Source: Dicyema japonicum (lineage: Eukaryota > Animalia > Dicyemida). From it: a DNA stretch of 64,000 bases. Below the pieces are notes generated by a model, which was not told the origin of the DNA, did not search any database, and saw only the letters and a program-made list of their open reading frames with translations. Both the position numbers and the translations under genes were made by a program. Position 1 is the first letter of the stretch. Each line of letters opens with the position of its first letter. Of this stretch, positions 47,346 through 61,619 are shown piece after piece. Where the stretch lies: positions 117,758 through 181,757 of the forward strand of contig RDEW01000069.1 in assembly GCA_011109175.1 (NCBI GenBank), given 5' to 3'.

Positions 47346-49356
47346 AAACAAGCAGTACACCACAAGAACGAGGTAAGTGCATGCTGATTAATATATAAGT
47401 GTATTCATAGGTTCGCCATATTATAAAACAATTTTTAAATTATATATGTATTAAATTAATTTAAAATAGTCACAATTTGACTTTAATTAATAATCCTACT
47501 ATAATTTTTGTCGGTTAAGTGGATGATACTCCTAATAGTTTCTAAGTTCAAACATTTTTCTTTTGTGAAAAATTTTGCCTTATTTAAAGTTAAAGCATCT
47601 TAGTTGTTAGATTAATAGTTAGGTTTAGATTCCAGTAAATTACAATAGAACGAACATAATAGTAACCCTGCTAAGTGACTACAAGCTATTAATATTTCTA
47701 TATATAAAATGAGATTTTCTGTGTTCGTGGCCTCTGTATATCACGTTATGTCAACTTATAAACCAGATGATTATTTCATAAGTATTACAGACTCTTCCTT
47801 TTACACAGATCGTATTATGTTTCGGGAATCGTCCAGCAATTCTTCGGAAAGATAGGGCGTGATGTCCATAACAGTACTACCGCTCCGCATTTGAGTCAGC
47901 AAATCTTCAGTCCAGGCCTGCTGGAGATACTGACGCAGAATCTATCGTCGTCAATGTGATTCCCGACACGGGAGGGCATTGATCAAGCACCACTTCATTC
48001 GCAACTTCCAGTGACTAACAGGAATGTCGGTGTTGGTTTATTGGTTCAGAAGCCTCTCATATTTATTTTACATACGACTCTCTGCTCAGCAGCTTGACTT
48101 TCAAATGCTCATATCTCTGATCTCTGACGACTCTGTTGGGAGTTGGAAAATTCCTAAACACACAACATTATTAGCTAACCATCAAAATTGGTGGCAATCA
48201 CTCTCTTCCTTTTACAGGAATGTACCACAGACTGATAATTATCCCTTTGTCTATAGTCAGCCACACATCATTTCCGTAAGTTGATTAGAGATAGAGATTA
48301 GATCTTTATCGGAAACCTTAATCTCATGCATGTTTTTGATAATTATAGTTTCTAAAGTATTTTTAAATCGACGAATCAAATGTAAATTCTTATATCTTCC
48401 AAAGGATAGCCCATCGACATAACTATTAAAGAATTTATAGACGATAAATCCCAGGTCACAACTAACTGAATACTTTTTAATTGACAGGCGTATACAACCG
48501 AGAGTTCTCCTGCAAGAGGTTTGGAACCGTGCGAGATATAAAGAATCGAAATATATTTTAATATTCTTGGAGCATTTAAATGACTTTTTAAAAAATGCTA
48601 AACGTGCACAGATGTTGTCTATCCTGTCAATTGGCGTGAGATTCAATGCTAATTTCATAACTTTCAACTTTAATCTTTCTAGGTACTAATACAAGATGTT
48701 AGAGATCCAGAGATTGGGGACAATGAAAATTGAGTTTAAATAAGTAACAAGTCCGGGTTGTGGAGGTCCCAGAAGACTCAGCACCGCTTGTCAAATAATC
48801 GACCTCGAGACAGGCCTTCCGCAGCTGTCTTACTTACTTAGGTATTCCCAAAACTAAAAATATAAATTGACACGATTAAATATGAATTTGAATTTATGTC
48901 CATAATGACAAGGCCATTTTAACCTAGCCAGAAGATAGAACTAAAATCAATGGAGCATAGCTTACATTAAAGGAACTCAAAGTCCGAATATGACATTAAT
49001 GGAGTCCTCGGACACGTATACTGTCGAAATGCTTCCAGTTAAATGAATTTGATATTAAAGATAATAGATATTGCTGAAGCTTGTTCAAACTGAAAAGTAT
49101 GGCAGAATCTATATTCCTGTCTAATATAGAAGACGACCAGTCGAAGGAGATTTCTCCCTACTATAATAATAAATAATAATTAAGCACTACCGCGTTGCCA
49201 TAAGCACGTATGATGCCTAGGGTTTCGCTCGTGCAGAACACACACTTTATTTAAGTAAAGAACAGTTATAACTAATCGTACAGGGAGAATCAAGGAATGC
49301 TCTTTACTTCTTTGTTTTTTTCTTTTTCTTGTGTGTATATGTCCTTTGACTATCCA

Positions 49357-52232
49357 GTGGCTTGGAGGGACACAGGGCGAGCCATACCAAGTGCCCCCTG
49401 TATCAGGAGGCGACGGAGAAGGTACCACAGGGGAGAAGGCAGGCGCCCTCCTCTGGAGTGGTCAGTGATGTAAGCGCTGTCCACCGCGTGGTAAGTCGAT
49501 ACTGTAGCAGCACAGGTTCAACGTTCCCTAATGCGCTTAGGGACATTGCGCTCTGCGATAGGAAGGTAAGTGCGGCGAAGTGATGTTACGCATCATTTCA
49601 GTTAATGTTAGGTCCCTCCGGAGAAGAAGGAAGGCCATCGAGGATCTTCTGGACTCTTTGGAGGTGGACATCTTGGTCCTTAACGAGACCAAGAGTAAGG
49701 ATACGGCTGCTGCAGGCTTTAAAGGCTATACTAGTTGTCATCTCTTGTGGAATGACACACATAGAGGTTCGGGCACTAGTATCTATTGGAGGACGAGTCT
49801 AGCAGCAGTCGTCCAAGGTATTTCAAATTGTCCTCATTGCGAGTTAATATTATTACGAATCAGATTATCTAGCTTTAGCGTTGTTATAGGGGCAATGTAT
49901 GCCAAGCAGTTGTGGTTGTGTAAGGACCACATTAAAACTGTATTTGACATTCATCCCCATTGCGTTATTTTTGGTGATCTGAATGCTAAGCATTCAGATT
50001 TTGGCTGTTTTGTTAATAATAGGGCTGGATCAGCACTCCGGGAATTAGCTTGGAATCTTGGGCTCTCAGTCACTACATCGACGGACCCCAATCACAAAGA
50101 TACACGAGGAGGAGAGGACTTCTTGGGTATGGCCGTAGCCTCCCCTTCATTAATTGGTATGCTCTCTGTACCTCGTGTTCTTAGGGACATCGGAAGCGAT
50201 CACCGTCCCCTACTCACCGAGCTTCACGAACCTGTTCGACCTCAGGCCCCAATTGGCTATGACTTGGGCTCTGGCACTTGGGATAACCTGGAGTCGTTCA
50301 TGGATAGAAAACTCCCTTCTCTCAAAGGGCAAGTTTGTAGTGAAGCGGACGTGGAGGAATTGGATGCCACCCTGGGTGGTATCCTCGAGGAATACATGCG
50401 GACTAACTTCCGGTTACGTCCGCAAGGTGGAGGCTCCGCACGAATTCCAGGCCTGATTTTAAGTAAGATAACACTTAGAAAGAGGTACCTGCGGTTCAAA
50501 GCGAGGAGCACGTATGAAGAGAACCGGATCTTCTACCAGAAGAAGGTAAACACCTTACGAAGGGAAATCCGGAAGGCGCTCGTCGACTATCAGAGCAACA
50601 AATGGAGGAGGGCCTGCGAGAGGGTGAACCCCGCATGGCCGGACTTCTGGAGTCAGCTGAAGCGCCTGTCGGGCAGAGGGGAAGAGTCATCTGCGCGTAC
50701 CCTGTGTCGTGCGGACGGTTCTAAAACCTCTGACCCGACTGAAATAGCGAGCATCTTTGCAGGTAGCTTTAGGGCAGTTACTGCAGTTCGACCAGAGAAC
50801 TTTGTCGAGTTAACAGCTCGACAAAGTATAGAGGACGTCATCTCTACGGAGAGACGGAAGTTGAGCCACTCTCGGGGATCCCGAAGGTGGCATGCATCAC
50901 CGAGGAGGAGGTCCGGGCCGCGATAAGTAAATCGAAGAACAACGCACCGGGCCAAGACAAGATCCCCATGGCCCTTTTCAAGAAAGGACCTGGAAGTCTC
51001 GTGAACACCTTGGTAAGATTGTACAACGGTAGCTACAGGTTGGGTTACGTTCCTAGGCGTTGGAAGGAAGCGGAACTGGTTTTTGTAAGGAAACCAGGAA
51101 AACCTCCTGAAGACCCTAGTAGCTACCGCCCTATAAGCTTGTTACCTGCCGTTGCTAAAATCTTAGAGAGAGTGATACACCAGAGGTTAACCCAGGAATG
51201 CATAATAAAAGACACCCTCTCGGACCTTCAGATGGGATTCCGTGAGGGGCGTTCCTGTGGGGACTGCCTTGGAGGTTGAGCTCTCAGATTCGTGAAAGGA
51301 GCAAGAAGCAATGCACAGCCGCGTTGTTCCTGGATGTGGAGAGGGCGTTCGACTCGGTCTGGCATGACGGCCTCCGTTGCGCCCTCGCAGAAGGAGGAAT
51401 ATCTCTGGAGCTAAGGAGCTGGTTATCAAGCTTCTTAGAGGATCGGATGAACTATGTAAGGCATAAAGGTTGCCGATCTAGTTTGTTTAGATCTAACCGG
51501 GGAGTTCCACAAGGGTCGGTTTTGAGCCCCACCCTTTTCAACGTTACATGTCTACACTTCCCCACCCAGCCAATGTGAGGACGGAGATGGCTATCTATGC
51601 GGACGACATAGTACTCTGGGATCACTCGTGGAAACCAGATGTAGCGTGTCGGAGGATTCAAGTAGCTGTCAATGAAATCATACGCTGGTGTGGGAGCAGA
51701 GGACTTAGGCTGAGACCTGAGAAATGTAAGTTATTAGTTTTTGGCCGCCCTAAGCGGTCTAATAATTTAATACCTAGAGTAACCATCTATGGGGTACCTA
51801 TAGAGGTTACTGGGCGGACGAGCTACCTTGGAGTGACATTCAACTCCAAGTGTAGTTTCCAGGAGCACACCGCCCTCGTTAAGAGGCGGGCTGTGCAAAG
51901 ATTAGGAGCGTTGAGGGCTTTTCAGCTGAGTCGCGATGCCTGGGCCAAAGTGTTCAACGCCATGGTGCTGCCTATGCTCACCTATGGTGCGCACTCCTGG
52001 TATTGTAGTGAGGAACGCGAAAAGTGCCTCACCAACTTGAGGAAGGTTCGGCGGCGGGCAATACGGTATTCTATAGGATTGTCTTATAGAGCGCCGCTGC
52101 CTGAAAGAGGATATCCGGATTTCAAGGACCCGGAGGAAGTAATTAAAAAGATCTTAAAGATAAATTAAAGAAGGAGGCACGGGGAAGACGAATGTGATGG
52201 CACGAAAACGCTGCCGCAAGGCGGTGAAAGGG
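49357..52232 (+). mobile_element. Family A LINE fragment, copy 2
   Basis: Same boundaries and same two ORF2 frameshifts as 42066-44940. Confidence 0.93.
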
Positions 52233-52560
52233 TTTCTACAACTTTAACCTATATACCTACCACATGTCCAGTTTTATAACTTTGAAAAAATGAACTTTTT
52301 GATTATTTTTAGCCGTACTGATGAAATGGATCCTTAGAGAAAGATCCTTCTACATTATAATATGAGAAGCTTCAAGATATCCACACAAAGAGAAAATATC
52401 GAGACTACATCTTTTGGTTGAACTGCTGATGTGGTTCTTTCACACATATCGATAAAGATTAAAATAATATCTTTATGGAGACAATGATTTGCGTTCATTA
52501 TGTTATAAATGATTTTATCCATAAGAATTATTATTCGTCCTGAGAGAAATAAATATAAAC

Positions 52561-52806
52561 ATTAAGGGAATTGACGAATATGAGGATGTCTCACGCGTGG
52601 TTCAGAGAATCTTCTCAAATAAGCCTTCTATTGGAATTTATTTTAGAGATGTCAAAGGGTTGGAAAAACTCATGCTGGTCGTTCGCGACTCGGTCCTCCT
52701 GGCTTTCCGAGTGAATATGGGGATCGATGGCAGGGCTGCTTTTCACACGGGAGCGGACATTTCTTCACAGTCAGCGGTTGAACATGCTGTGCCTGCTACG
52801 AGGAGG
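52561..52806 (+). mobile_element. Diverged ORF1 N-terminal remnant, copy 2
   Basis: Paralog of 45271-45516. Confidence 0.85.
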
Positions 52807-54268
52807 AACACATTTGAGACATAAGTTTTCAATGGGATAACAGACCGAATTCAAGAATATTCATATTTCAGAATTGTTAAGAATTTATAATTAATTTAAT
52901 GATACAATCAAACTGTCTAAAAAAATTCAAAGAAAAAGAACATCCAGGAACCAGTAGCCATAACTCCATAAAATAATTTTAGGGTCATCAATATCTTGGA
53001 TGTCAAAAATGTAATCATCATATACAAAAAAGGCTAACGTTATGAAATATGGAATTCAGTATTAACTGAAAGTGTTACAAAACCGATGTCTAGAGTATTA
53101 TTAAGAACTTCAAAAAAACACACACACCTGAAAAAAATTTATTCAATTATTTTTCTATTTCAGGTAATAATGTAGTTGAAAATCAGTAAGTAAATATTAT
53201 AATTGATGAAATCCTCAGACACAGAAAAAAAATTTTCACGAATTTATATAACCAAAAGGAAGATTTCTCAAATGCAAGTTAATGAATTTAAATACGCGTT
53301 TTAAATGATTATGGGACTAATCCATGGCTAATGTTGAGAAGATTTGAATCTCCATATGAAGAGATAAGTCAAATTACTCAATTTTTGTCAAACATCCAAT
53401 CGAGGTTTATTTAATTTTTTATAACAGATTAAGGCACGTTCAGGTTAGGTTAAAATAGTCAACATGAGTCGAGTCAATTAAATATAGCTTTAAAAAAATA
53501 AATTCTTTGATTCAAAATCAATTAATATTGATTGAATAACAGGAGGTGACATGTCTTTTGAAAGGTGAAATGTTACCAGCACTAGATGAGTAACCCGGGC
53601 AAGACGCGGCAGACTTTGTAGCTGATTACAATCAAAGGTTATCTCCTTTATAAAAAGTATGAATTATATATATTTTTAGTACAGAAAAATCGTCGATAAT
53701 AATTTGTATAAAATCAAAAAGGTAGCCAGGATAAAGATGAAATAGGTTATGTAACGAAACCAATGCTCAAACAATAAAAATCGATAGTGAAGATTCAATA
53801 TAGTTCGAAAAAAATGAAGTAAATGTTATTTTTCTCTTCGAATTATATATTTTATTAGATTACAGATATAAACCAGGTGAAAAAAAGCTCAAAACTGCGG
53901 ACAAGCAGAAAAATTAAGATCAATTGCATTCGACAGAGGAGATTAACTCTAAATATTGTTTTGAGTGTTCCCCATGCGGTACTATAAACATGTTGGCTTT
54001 CGTGAAACTGCCTTAATAATAATAATAATAATTGAATTACTGAAAATATTCTTGACATGATGCAGACCATAACAATTCGAACAAACAGACTGAAAAGAAA
54101 TATAGCCAAAAGAATATAAATAGGGAGAAATCAAATAGTGAAAAATAATCCATATTCATAGGTTAACAAAATATAAAATATATATTAGACATTTTGATAA
54201 CAACCTTCTACACTATTTGATAAATCCAATTATATAATGTTTGAGAATACAACAGACGAATACAGTAA

Positions 54269-54618
54269 AATGGAAAGAGACCTGACGGGATGACCATTTT
54301 CCCCTTCACGTCTATAAGATCTTTGGTCTCGGAAGCAACTTGTGTGGACACGTTCTCAAGCACTTTCAAATCGGTTCAGACACCTGGAACAGCTGCTTCG
54401 ACTGCGGAGAACCTAAAAATCAAGAAATATTCTTGCCTCGGGGATCGCTACCGATTTACTCCTGTTGCGACCGAATTATCGGGAGCCGTTGGTCCGAGTT
54501 CCTGCGAGAACTCAGAGAATTGTTTGCAAGAAAAAAAAAGGATCAACGAGAAAGCCTATGGCTAAGACAAAAGATTGGAATAGCCATACTCCGTGGAAAC
54601 TCGTATACAGTAAAATGA
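54269..54618 (+). mobile_element. CRE-like RLE endonuclease 3' fragment, copy 2
   Basis: [28 protein letters not shown]. Confidence 0.8.
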
Positions 54619-56586
54619 ACACAAGCAGTCAACCACAAGAACGAGGTAAGCGCATGCCGATTAATATATAAGTGTATTCATAAGTTCGCCATATTATAAA
54701 ACAATTTTTAAAATATATATGTATTAAATTTATTTAAAATAGTCACAATTTGACTTTAATTAATAATCCTACTATAATTTTTGTTAGTTAAGTGGATGAC
54801 ACTCCTCTAATAGTTTCTAAGTTTTAACATTTTTATTTTGTGAAAAATTTTGCCTTATTTAAAGTTAAAGCATCTTAGTTGTTAGATTAATAGTTAGGTT
54901 TTGATTCCAGTAAATTACAATAGAACGTACATAATAGTAACCCAGCTAAGTGACTACAAGCTATTAATTTTTCTATATATAAATTGAGATTTTCTGTGTT
55001 TGTGGCCTATTTATATCACTTTATGTCAACGTATAAACCAGATGATTATTTCATAAGTATTACAGACTCTTCCTTTTACAGTCAGATCGTATTATGTTTC
55101 GGGAATCGTCCAGCAATTCTTCGGAAAGAAAGGGCGTGATGTCCATAACAGTACTTCCGCTCCGCATTTGAGTCAGCAAATCTTCAGTCCAGGCCTGCTG
55201 GAAATACTGATGCAGAATTTATCGCCGTCAATGTGATACCCGCCACGGAAGGGCATTGATCCAAGCACCACTTCATTCGCATCTTCCAGTGACTAACAAG
55301 AATGTCGGTGTTGGTTTATTGGTTCAGAAGCCTCTCATATTTATTTACATACGACTCTCTGCTCAAGCAGCTTGACTTTCAAATGCTCATATCTCTGATC
55401 TCTGACGATTCTGTTGGGAGTTGGAAAATTCCTAAACACACAACATTATTAGCTAACCATCAAAATTGGTGGCAATCACTCTCTTCCTCTTACAGGAATG
55501 TACCACAGACTGATAATTATCCCCTTTGTCTATAGTCAGCCACACATCATTTCCGTAAGTTGATTAGAGATAGAGAGAAGATCTTCATCGGAGACCTTAA
55601 TCTCATGCATGTTTTTGATAATTATAGTTTCTAAAGTTATTTTTAAATCGACGAATCAAATGTAAATTCTTATATCTTATCCAAAGGATAGCCCATCGAC
55701 ATAACTATTAAAGAATTTATATACATAAATCCCAGGTCACAACTAACCGAATACTTTTTAATTGATAGGCGTATACAACCGTGAGTTCTCCTGCAAGAGG
55801 TTGCATTTAAATGACTTTTTAAAAATGCGAAACGTGCACAGGTGTCGTCTATCCTGTCAATTGGCGTGAGATTCAATGCTAATTTCATAACTTTCAACTT
55901 TAATCTTTCTAGGTACTAATACAAGATGTTAGAGATCCAGAGATTGGGGACAATGAACATTGAGTTTAAATAAGTAACAAGTCCGGGTTGTGGAGGTCCC
56001 AGAAGACTCAGCGCCGTTTGTCAAATAATCGACCTCGAGACAGGCCTTCCGCAGCTGTCTAACTTAACTTAGGTATCTCCCAAAACTAAAAATATAAATT
56101 GACACGATTAAATATGAATTTGAATTTATGTCCATAATGACAAGGCCATTTCAACCTAGCAAAAGATGGAACTAAAATCAATGGCGCATAGCTTACATTA
56201 AAGGAACTCAAAGTTCGAATATGATGTTAACAAAGTCTCGGACACGTATACTGTCGAAATGCTACCAGTTAAATGAATTTGATTTTGAAGATGATAGATA
56301 TTGCTGAAGCTTGTTCAAACTGAGAAAGTATGTCAGAATCTATATTCCTGTCTAATATAGAAGACGACCAGTCGAAGGAGATTTCTCTCTACTATAATAA
56401 TAAATAATAATTAAGCACTACCGCGTTGCCATAAGCACGTATGATGCCTAGGGTTTCGCTCGTGCAGAACACACACTTTATTTAAATAAAAAACAGTTAT
56501 AACTAATCGTACAGGGAGAATCAAGGAATGCTCTTTACTTCTTTGTTTTTTTTCTTTTCTTGTGTGTATGTCCTTTTGACTATCCA

Positions 56587-59458
56587 GTGGCCTTGGAGGG
56601 ACACAGGGCGAGCCATACCAAGTGCCCCCTGTATCAGGAGGCGACGGAGAAGGTACCACAGGGGAGAAGGCAGGCGCCCTCCTCTGGAGTGGTCAGTGAT
56701 GTAAGCGCTGTCCACCGCGTGGTAAGTCGATACTGTAGCAGCACAGGTTCAACGTTCCCTAATGCGCTTAGGGACATTGCGCTCTGCGATAGGAAGGTAA
56801 GTGCGGCGAAGTGATGTTACGCATCATTTCAGTTAATGTTAGGTCCCTCCGGAGAAGAAGGAAGCCCATCGAGGATCTTCTGGACTCTTTGGAGGTGGAC
56901 ATCTTGGGCCTTAACGAGACCAAGAGTAAGGATACGGCTGCTGCAGGCTTTAAAGGCTATACTAGTTGTCATCTCTTGTGGAATGACACACATAGAGGTT
57001 CGGGCACTAGTATCTATTGGAGGACGAGTCTAGCAGCAGTCGTCCAAGGTATTTCAAATTGTCCTCATTGCGAGTTAATATTTTTACGAATTAGATTATC
57101 TAGCTTTAGCGTTGTTATAGGGGCAATGTATGCCAAGCAGTTGTGGTTGTGTAAGGACCACATTAAAACTGCCTTTGACATATATCCCCACTGCGTTATT
57201 TTTGGTGATCTGAATGCTAAGTATTCAGATTTTGGCTGTTTTGTTAATAATAGGGCTGGATCAGCACTCCGGGAATTAGCCTGGAATCTTGGGCTCTCAG
57301 TCACTACATCGACTGACCCCAATCACAAAGATACACGAGGAGGAGAGGACTTCTTGGGTATGGCCGTAGCCTCCCCTTCATTAATTGGTATGCTCTCTGT
57401 ACCTTGTGTTCTTAGGGACATCGGAAGCGATCACCGTCCCCTACTCACCGAGCTTCACGAACCTGTTCGACCTCAGGCCCCAATTGGCTATGACTTGGGC
57501 TCTGGCACTTGGGATAACCTGGAGTCGTTCATGGATAGAAAACTCCCTTCTCTCAAAGGGCAAGTTTGTAGTGAAGCGGACGTGGAGGAATTGGATGCCA
57601 CCCTGGGTGGTGTCCTCGAGGAATACATGCGGACTAACTTCCGGTTACGTCCGCATGGTGGAGGCTCCGCACGGATTCCAGGCCTGATTTTAAGTAAGAT
57701 AACACTTAGAAAGAGGTACCTGCGGTTCAAAGCGAGGAGCACGTATGAAGAGAACCGGATCTTCTACCAGAAGAAGGTAAATACCTTAAGAAGGGAAATC
57801 CGGAAGGCGCTCGTTGACTACCAGAGCGACAAATGGAGGAGGGCCTGTGAGAGGGTGAACCCCGCATGGCCGGACTTCTGGAGTCAGCTGAAGCGCCTGT
57901 CGGGCAGAGGGGAAGAGTCATCTGCGCGTACCCTGTGTCGTGCGGACGGTTCTAAAACCTCTGACCCGACTGAAATAGCGAGCATCTTTGCAGGTAGCTT
58001 TAGGGCAGTTACTGCAGTTCGACCAGAGAAATTCGTCGAGTTAACAGCTCGACGAAGTATAGAGGACGTCATCTCTACGGAGAGACGAAAACTGAGCCAC
58101 TCTCGGGGATTCCGAAGATGGCATACATCACCGAGGAGGAGGTCCGGGCCGCGATAAGAAAATCAAAGAACAACGCACCGGGCCAAGACAAGATCCCCAT
58201 GGCCCTTTTCAAGAAAGGACCTGGAAGTCTCGTGAACACCTTGGTAAGATTGTACAACGGTAGCTACAGGTTGGGTTACGTTCCTAGGCGTTGGAAGGAA
58301 GCGGAACTGGTTTTTGTAAGGAAACCAGGAAAACCTCCTGAAGACCCTAGTAGCTACCGCCCTATAAGCTTGTTACCTGCCGTTGCTAAAATCTTAGAGA
58401 GAGTGATACACCAGAGGTTAACCCAGGAATGCATAATAAAAGACACCCTCTCGGACCTTCAGATGGGATTCCGTGAGGGGCGTTCCTGTGGGGACTGCCT
58501 TGGAGGTTGAGCTCTCAGATTCGTGAAAGGAGCAAGAAGCAATGCACAGCCGCGTTGTTCCTGGATGTGGAGAGGGCGTTCGACTCGGTCTGGCATGACG
58601 GCCTCCGTTGCGCCCTCGCAGAAGGAGGAATATCTCTGGAGCTAAGGAGCTGGTTATCAAGCTTCTTAGAGGATCGGATGAACTATGTAAGGCATAAAGG
58701 TTGCCGATCTAGTTTGTTTAGATCTAACCGGGGAGTTCCACAAGGGTCGGTTTTGAGCCCCACCCTTTTCAACGTTTACATGTCTACACTTCCCCACCCA
58801 GCCAATGTGAGGACGGAGATGGCTATCTATGCGGACGACATAGTACTCTGGGATCACTCGTGGAAACCAGATGTAGCGTGTCGGAGGATTCAAGTAGCTG
58901 TCAATGAAATCATACGCTGGTGTGGGAGCAGAGGACTTAGGCTGAGGCCTGAGAAATGTAAGTTATTAGTTTTTGGCCGCCCTAAGCGGTCTAATAATTT
59001 AATACCTAGAGTAACCATCTATGGGGTACCTATAGAGGTTACTGGGCGGACGAGCTACCTTGGAGTGACATTCAACTCCAAGTGTAGTTTCCAGGAGCAC
59101 ACCGCCCTCGTTAAGAGGCGGGCTGTGCAAAGATTAGGAGCGTTGAGGGCTTTTCAGCTGAGTCGCGATGCCTGGGCCAAAGTGTTCAACGCCATGGTGC
59201 TGCCTATGCTCACCTATGGTGCGCACTCCTGGTATTGTAGTGAGGAACGCGAAAAGTGCCTCACCAACTTGAGGAAGGTTCGGCGGCGGGCAATACGGTA
59301 TTCTATAGGATTGTCTTATAGAGCGCCGCTGCCCGAAAGAGGATACCCTGATTTCAGGGAACCCGAGGAAGTAATAAAAAGATCTTATAAATTAAAGAAG
59401 GAGGCACGGGGAAGACGAAAGTGATGGCACGAAAACGCTGCCGCAGGCGGTGAAAGGG
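56587..59458 (+). mobile_element. Family A LINE fragment, copy 3
   Basis: Same boundaries and same two ORF2 frameshifts. Confidence 0.93.
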
Positions 59459-59459
59459 N

Positions 59460-61000
59460 TAAGTATCAACACACGTTGCGTCCCAGATCAGGTTTCGTCC
59501 GTTGGCGAATGGAAAAGTCGTCATCCCATCAGGGCGTTTTCCATCGTTTCGGGAAAGACCAGCAGGTTCTAAACAAGCAATGGTGTCCAGCAGAGGCAAG
59601 GGAATTCTTTAATGTCATGTTAAGACAGGAGTGCCTGGGGAAACGACCCGCACTCATCTTGCATGACAAGGGATGATAACCAAAAAGGATCGATCCAACG
59701 TCCACAGCGGCATTTTTTTTCGGCACACAATTTAAGACCAAAGACGAAGCGAGGTAGCTATTCTCACAGCCTCATCATCCAACACGTTTCCAATTTCGGC
59801 AGATGGATAAGTGTTCATCCAGGCCCCTGTCGAGTGACAACTGGCTGTTTTGAGGCAGGCAAGCCTTCTTACATCTTCCGTCTTTTCAAGGGACTCTTTC
59901 TTCTTTTCGAAGACACAAAACAAATAGGACTTTTGCTTATCACAATTGGCCGGAGCATTCAGGTACAAATTCATCCCAGGCTCCCGAAGGCGTCAGCGGT
60001 ACGTTTAGTCCGGAAGTAGAGTGAAGGACCGTATCCACTAAACGCCTTGACGAGCCGAACGAAGATAAATAGGCGCCCAAAGCAACGTCCGAAGGAAGAG
60101 AAAGACCCAAACCACCGCAGGCTTACAGGGAGTGAGGCCTGTAACCATCCGAAATCATCAAAACGAACATTAAGAATGAACCCTATCGTCGACCGGATAT
60201 CCATATCAATTAACGATAGAAAGTCTTTTTCGGCGTAACATGGGGATCCCCGTAGAATAAAAAGGAGTTTTGGGAGAAGGAGACAATTTTTCAGCATAAA
60301 AAAGGCCACATGACGGTCCAAAAAACTCATCCTGTCGGCATACTGACGTAAATTAGTCCTCTTGCCTTCCAATAACTCCCTCACCCGGTTTACCAAAATC
60401 CCACATCCAAGGAAGTCGAGAGAATCAATATGAGTCTCCCTAACCCCTGGGATGATTTCGCAGAGTTTTCTATGAAAAAGGTAGAATGAATCGGAACTCA
60501 AATTCAGATTAATTGCTTCGCACTTTTCATTGTTAAATTCCAGACCGATTTTTCCACACAAACTTCTGATCGACGCAACTTTGGAGAGAATATCATCGGG
60601 ACTTCCACCGAGAATACAATCGTCCAGATACCAGACGTTCAGTGGAGTGCAACGGTCCTGGGCAATATGGTCGATAGACAAGGAAAATAGAAGAGGACCG
60701 AGTGGGTCCCCCTGTTGAACTCCGGATCCGGACGAAATAATTCCACTGCCAAAAACAAGAGGGGATGGATCCGAATACGCGAGATATACAAAGGGATAAA
60801 TCTGAGGAATCCTCCTCCTACAGGTATCAAGGACGGTGTCCCTTCTGACTGAATTGAAGGCATTCCGGAGGTCCAATTTGAATAAAACTCTGTCCTCAAC
60901 ATTCAATTCAGCTGATTGTGACGCAAATTCTCTCACTGCGTGGATCCCAGCTTCACAGCCGCCATTGATTCTCCAGATAAAGAACATCTGCTTCACAAAA
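59460..61000 (-). mobile_element. CRE-clade non-LTR retrotransposon fragment (RT, zinc finger, RLE), frameshifted
   Basis: [70 protein letters not shown]. Confidence 0.88.
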
Positions 61001-61007
61001 GGGCCTT

Positions 61008-61498
61008 GACATTATAACAAAAACTCGATTATCAACTCGCTAGTGAAACCCATACTACTATATAACGCTGGTACCTGGGGCCTGCTCAAGAAATGAACTG
61101 AAGAGGCTTAATGCGTCATAGAGACCAACTACGGCTTGATGTTCGAAAGAAGTTACGATATATCATCTAATCTTCTTTATAAGAGGACGAAGACCTCAGA
61201 AATTTCTAGTGAGATTCTGGATACACGATGGAGGCTTTTCGGCCACATTCTGCGACTGAAACCTAGATGCCCCCTGCGAACGTAGCCATGGAGGATTACT
61301 TCATTGGAGGCCCCGTTTCCGTGTCCCAAGGACGACACTGCAGTCGTCCTCGACGAGGACCTCAAAGAAATGGGACGGCATCTTGGAAGTGGAGAGGATC
61401 TGGACTGGTTGCTCGCTGCGGCTTTGAATAGGTGGAAGTGGATGAAACTAACTAGTGATTTGCTAACTCGTGTTGCACATGCTTGTCAAGTCCTATGA
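61008..61498 (+). mobile_element. RTE-like LINE 3' fragment, degenerate
   Basis: NSLVKPILLYNAGTW, RWRLFGHILR, ANVAMEDYF, ALNRWKW. Confidence 0.7.
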
Positions 61499-61619
61499 CA
61501 TAGCGATAAGTGCTTATAATAATATATAGGCCAGCTGTTTCAAACGACAGCAGCTAATGATGGACGCTTCCACAAGTCACTGATAGTCAGCAGGGAGAAA
61601 GCTCTGACTAGATTGTCCT

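Larger units (their letters stand above)
41089..59458. repeat. Head-to-tail tandem array of a ~7.28-kb mosaic unit (41089-48365, 48366-55645, 55646-59458 partial)
   Basis: Anchor aatcgacgaatcaaatgtaaattc recurs at 41089, 48366, 55646; copies differ by substitutions as well as indels. Confidence 0.93.

Noticed and set aside
43575-51280. Programmed frameshifting in ORF2
   Set aside because: The copy at 27.6-28.1 kb has the extra bases and stays in frame; the shifts are inherited deletions
1229-58893. Recurrent 60-125 aa antisense and alternate-frame ORFs (e.g. MVCSLYLV..., MLLALNRR..., MIYRKVMF...)
   Set aside because: They recur only because the LINE or histone repeats recur; no independent motifs
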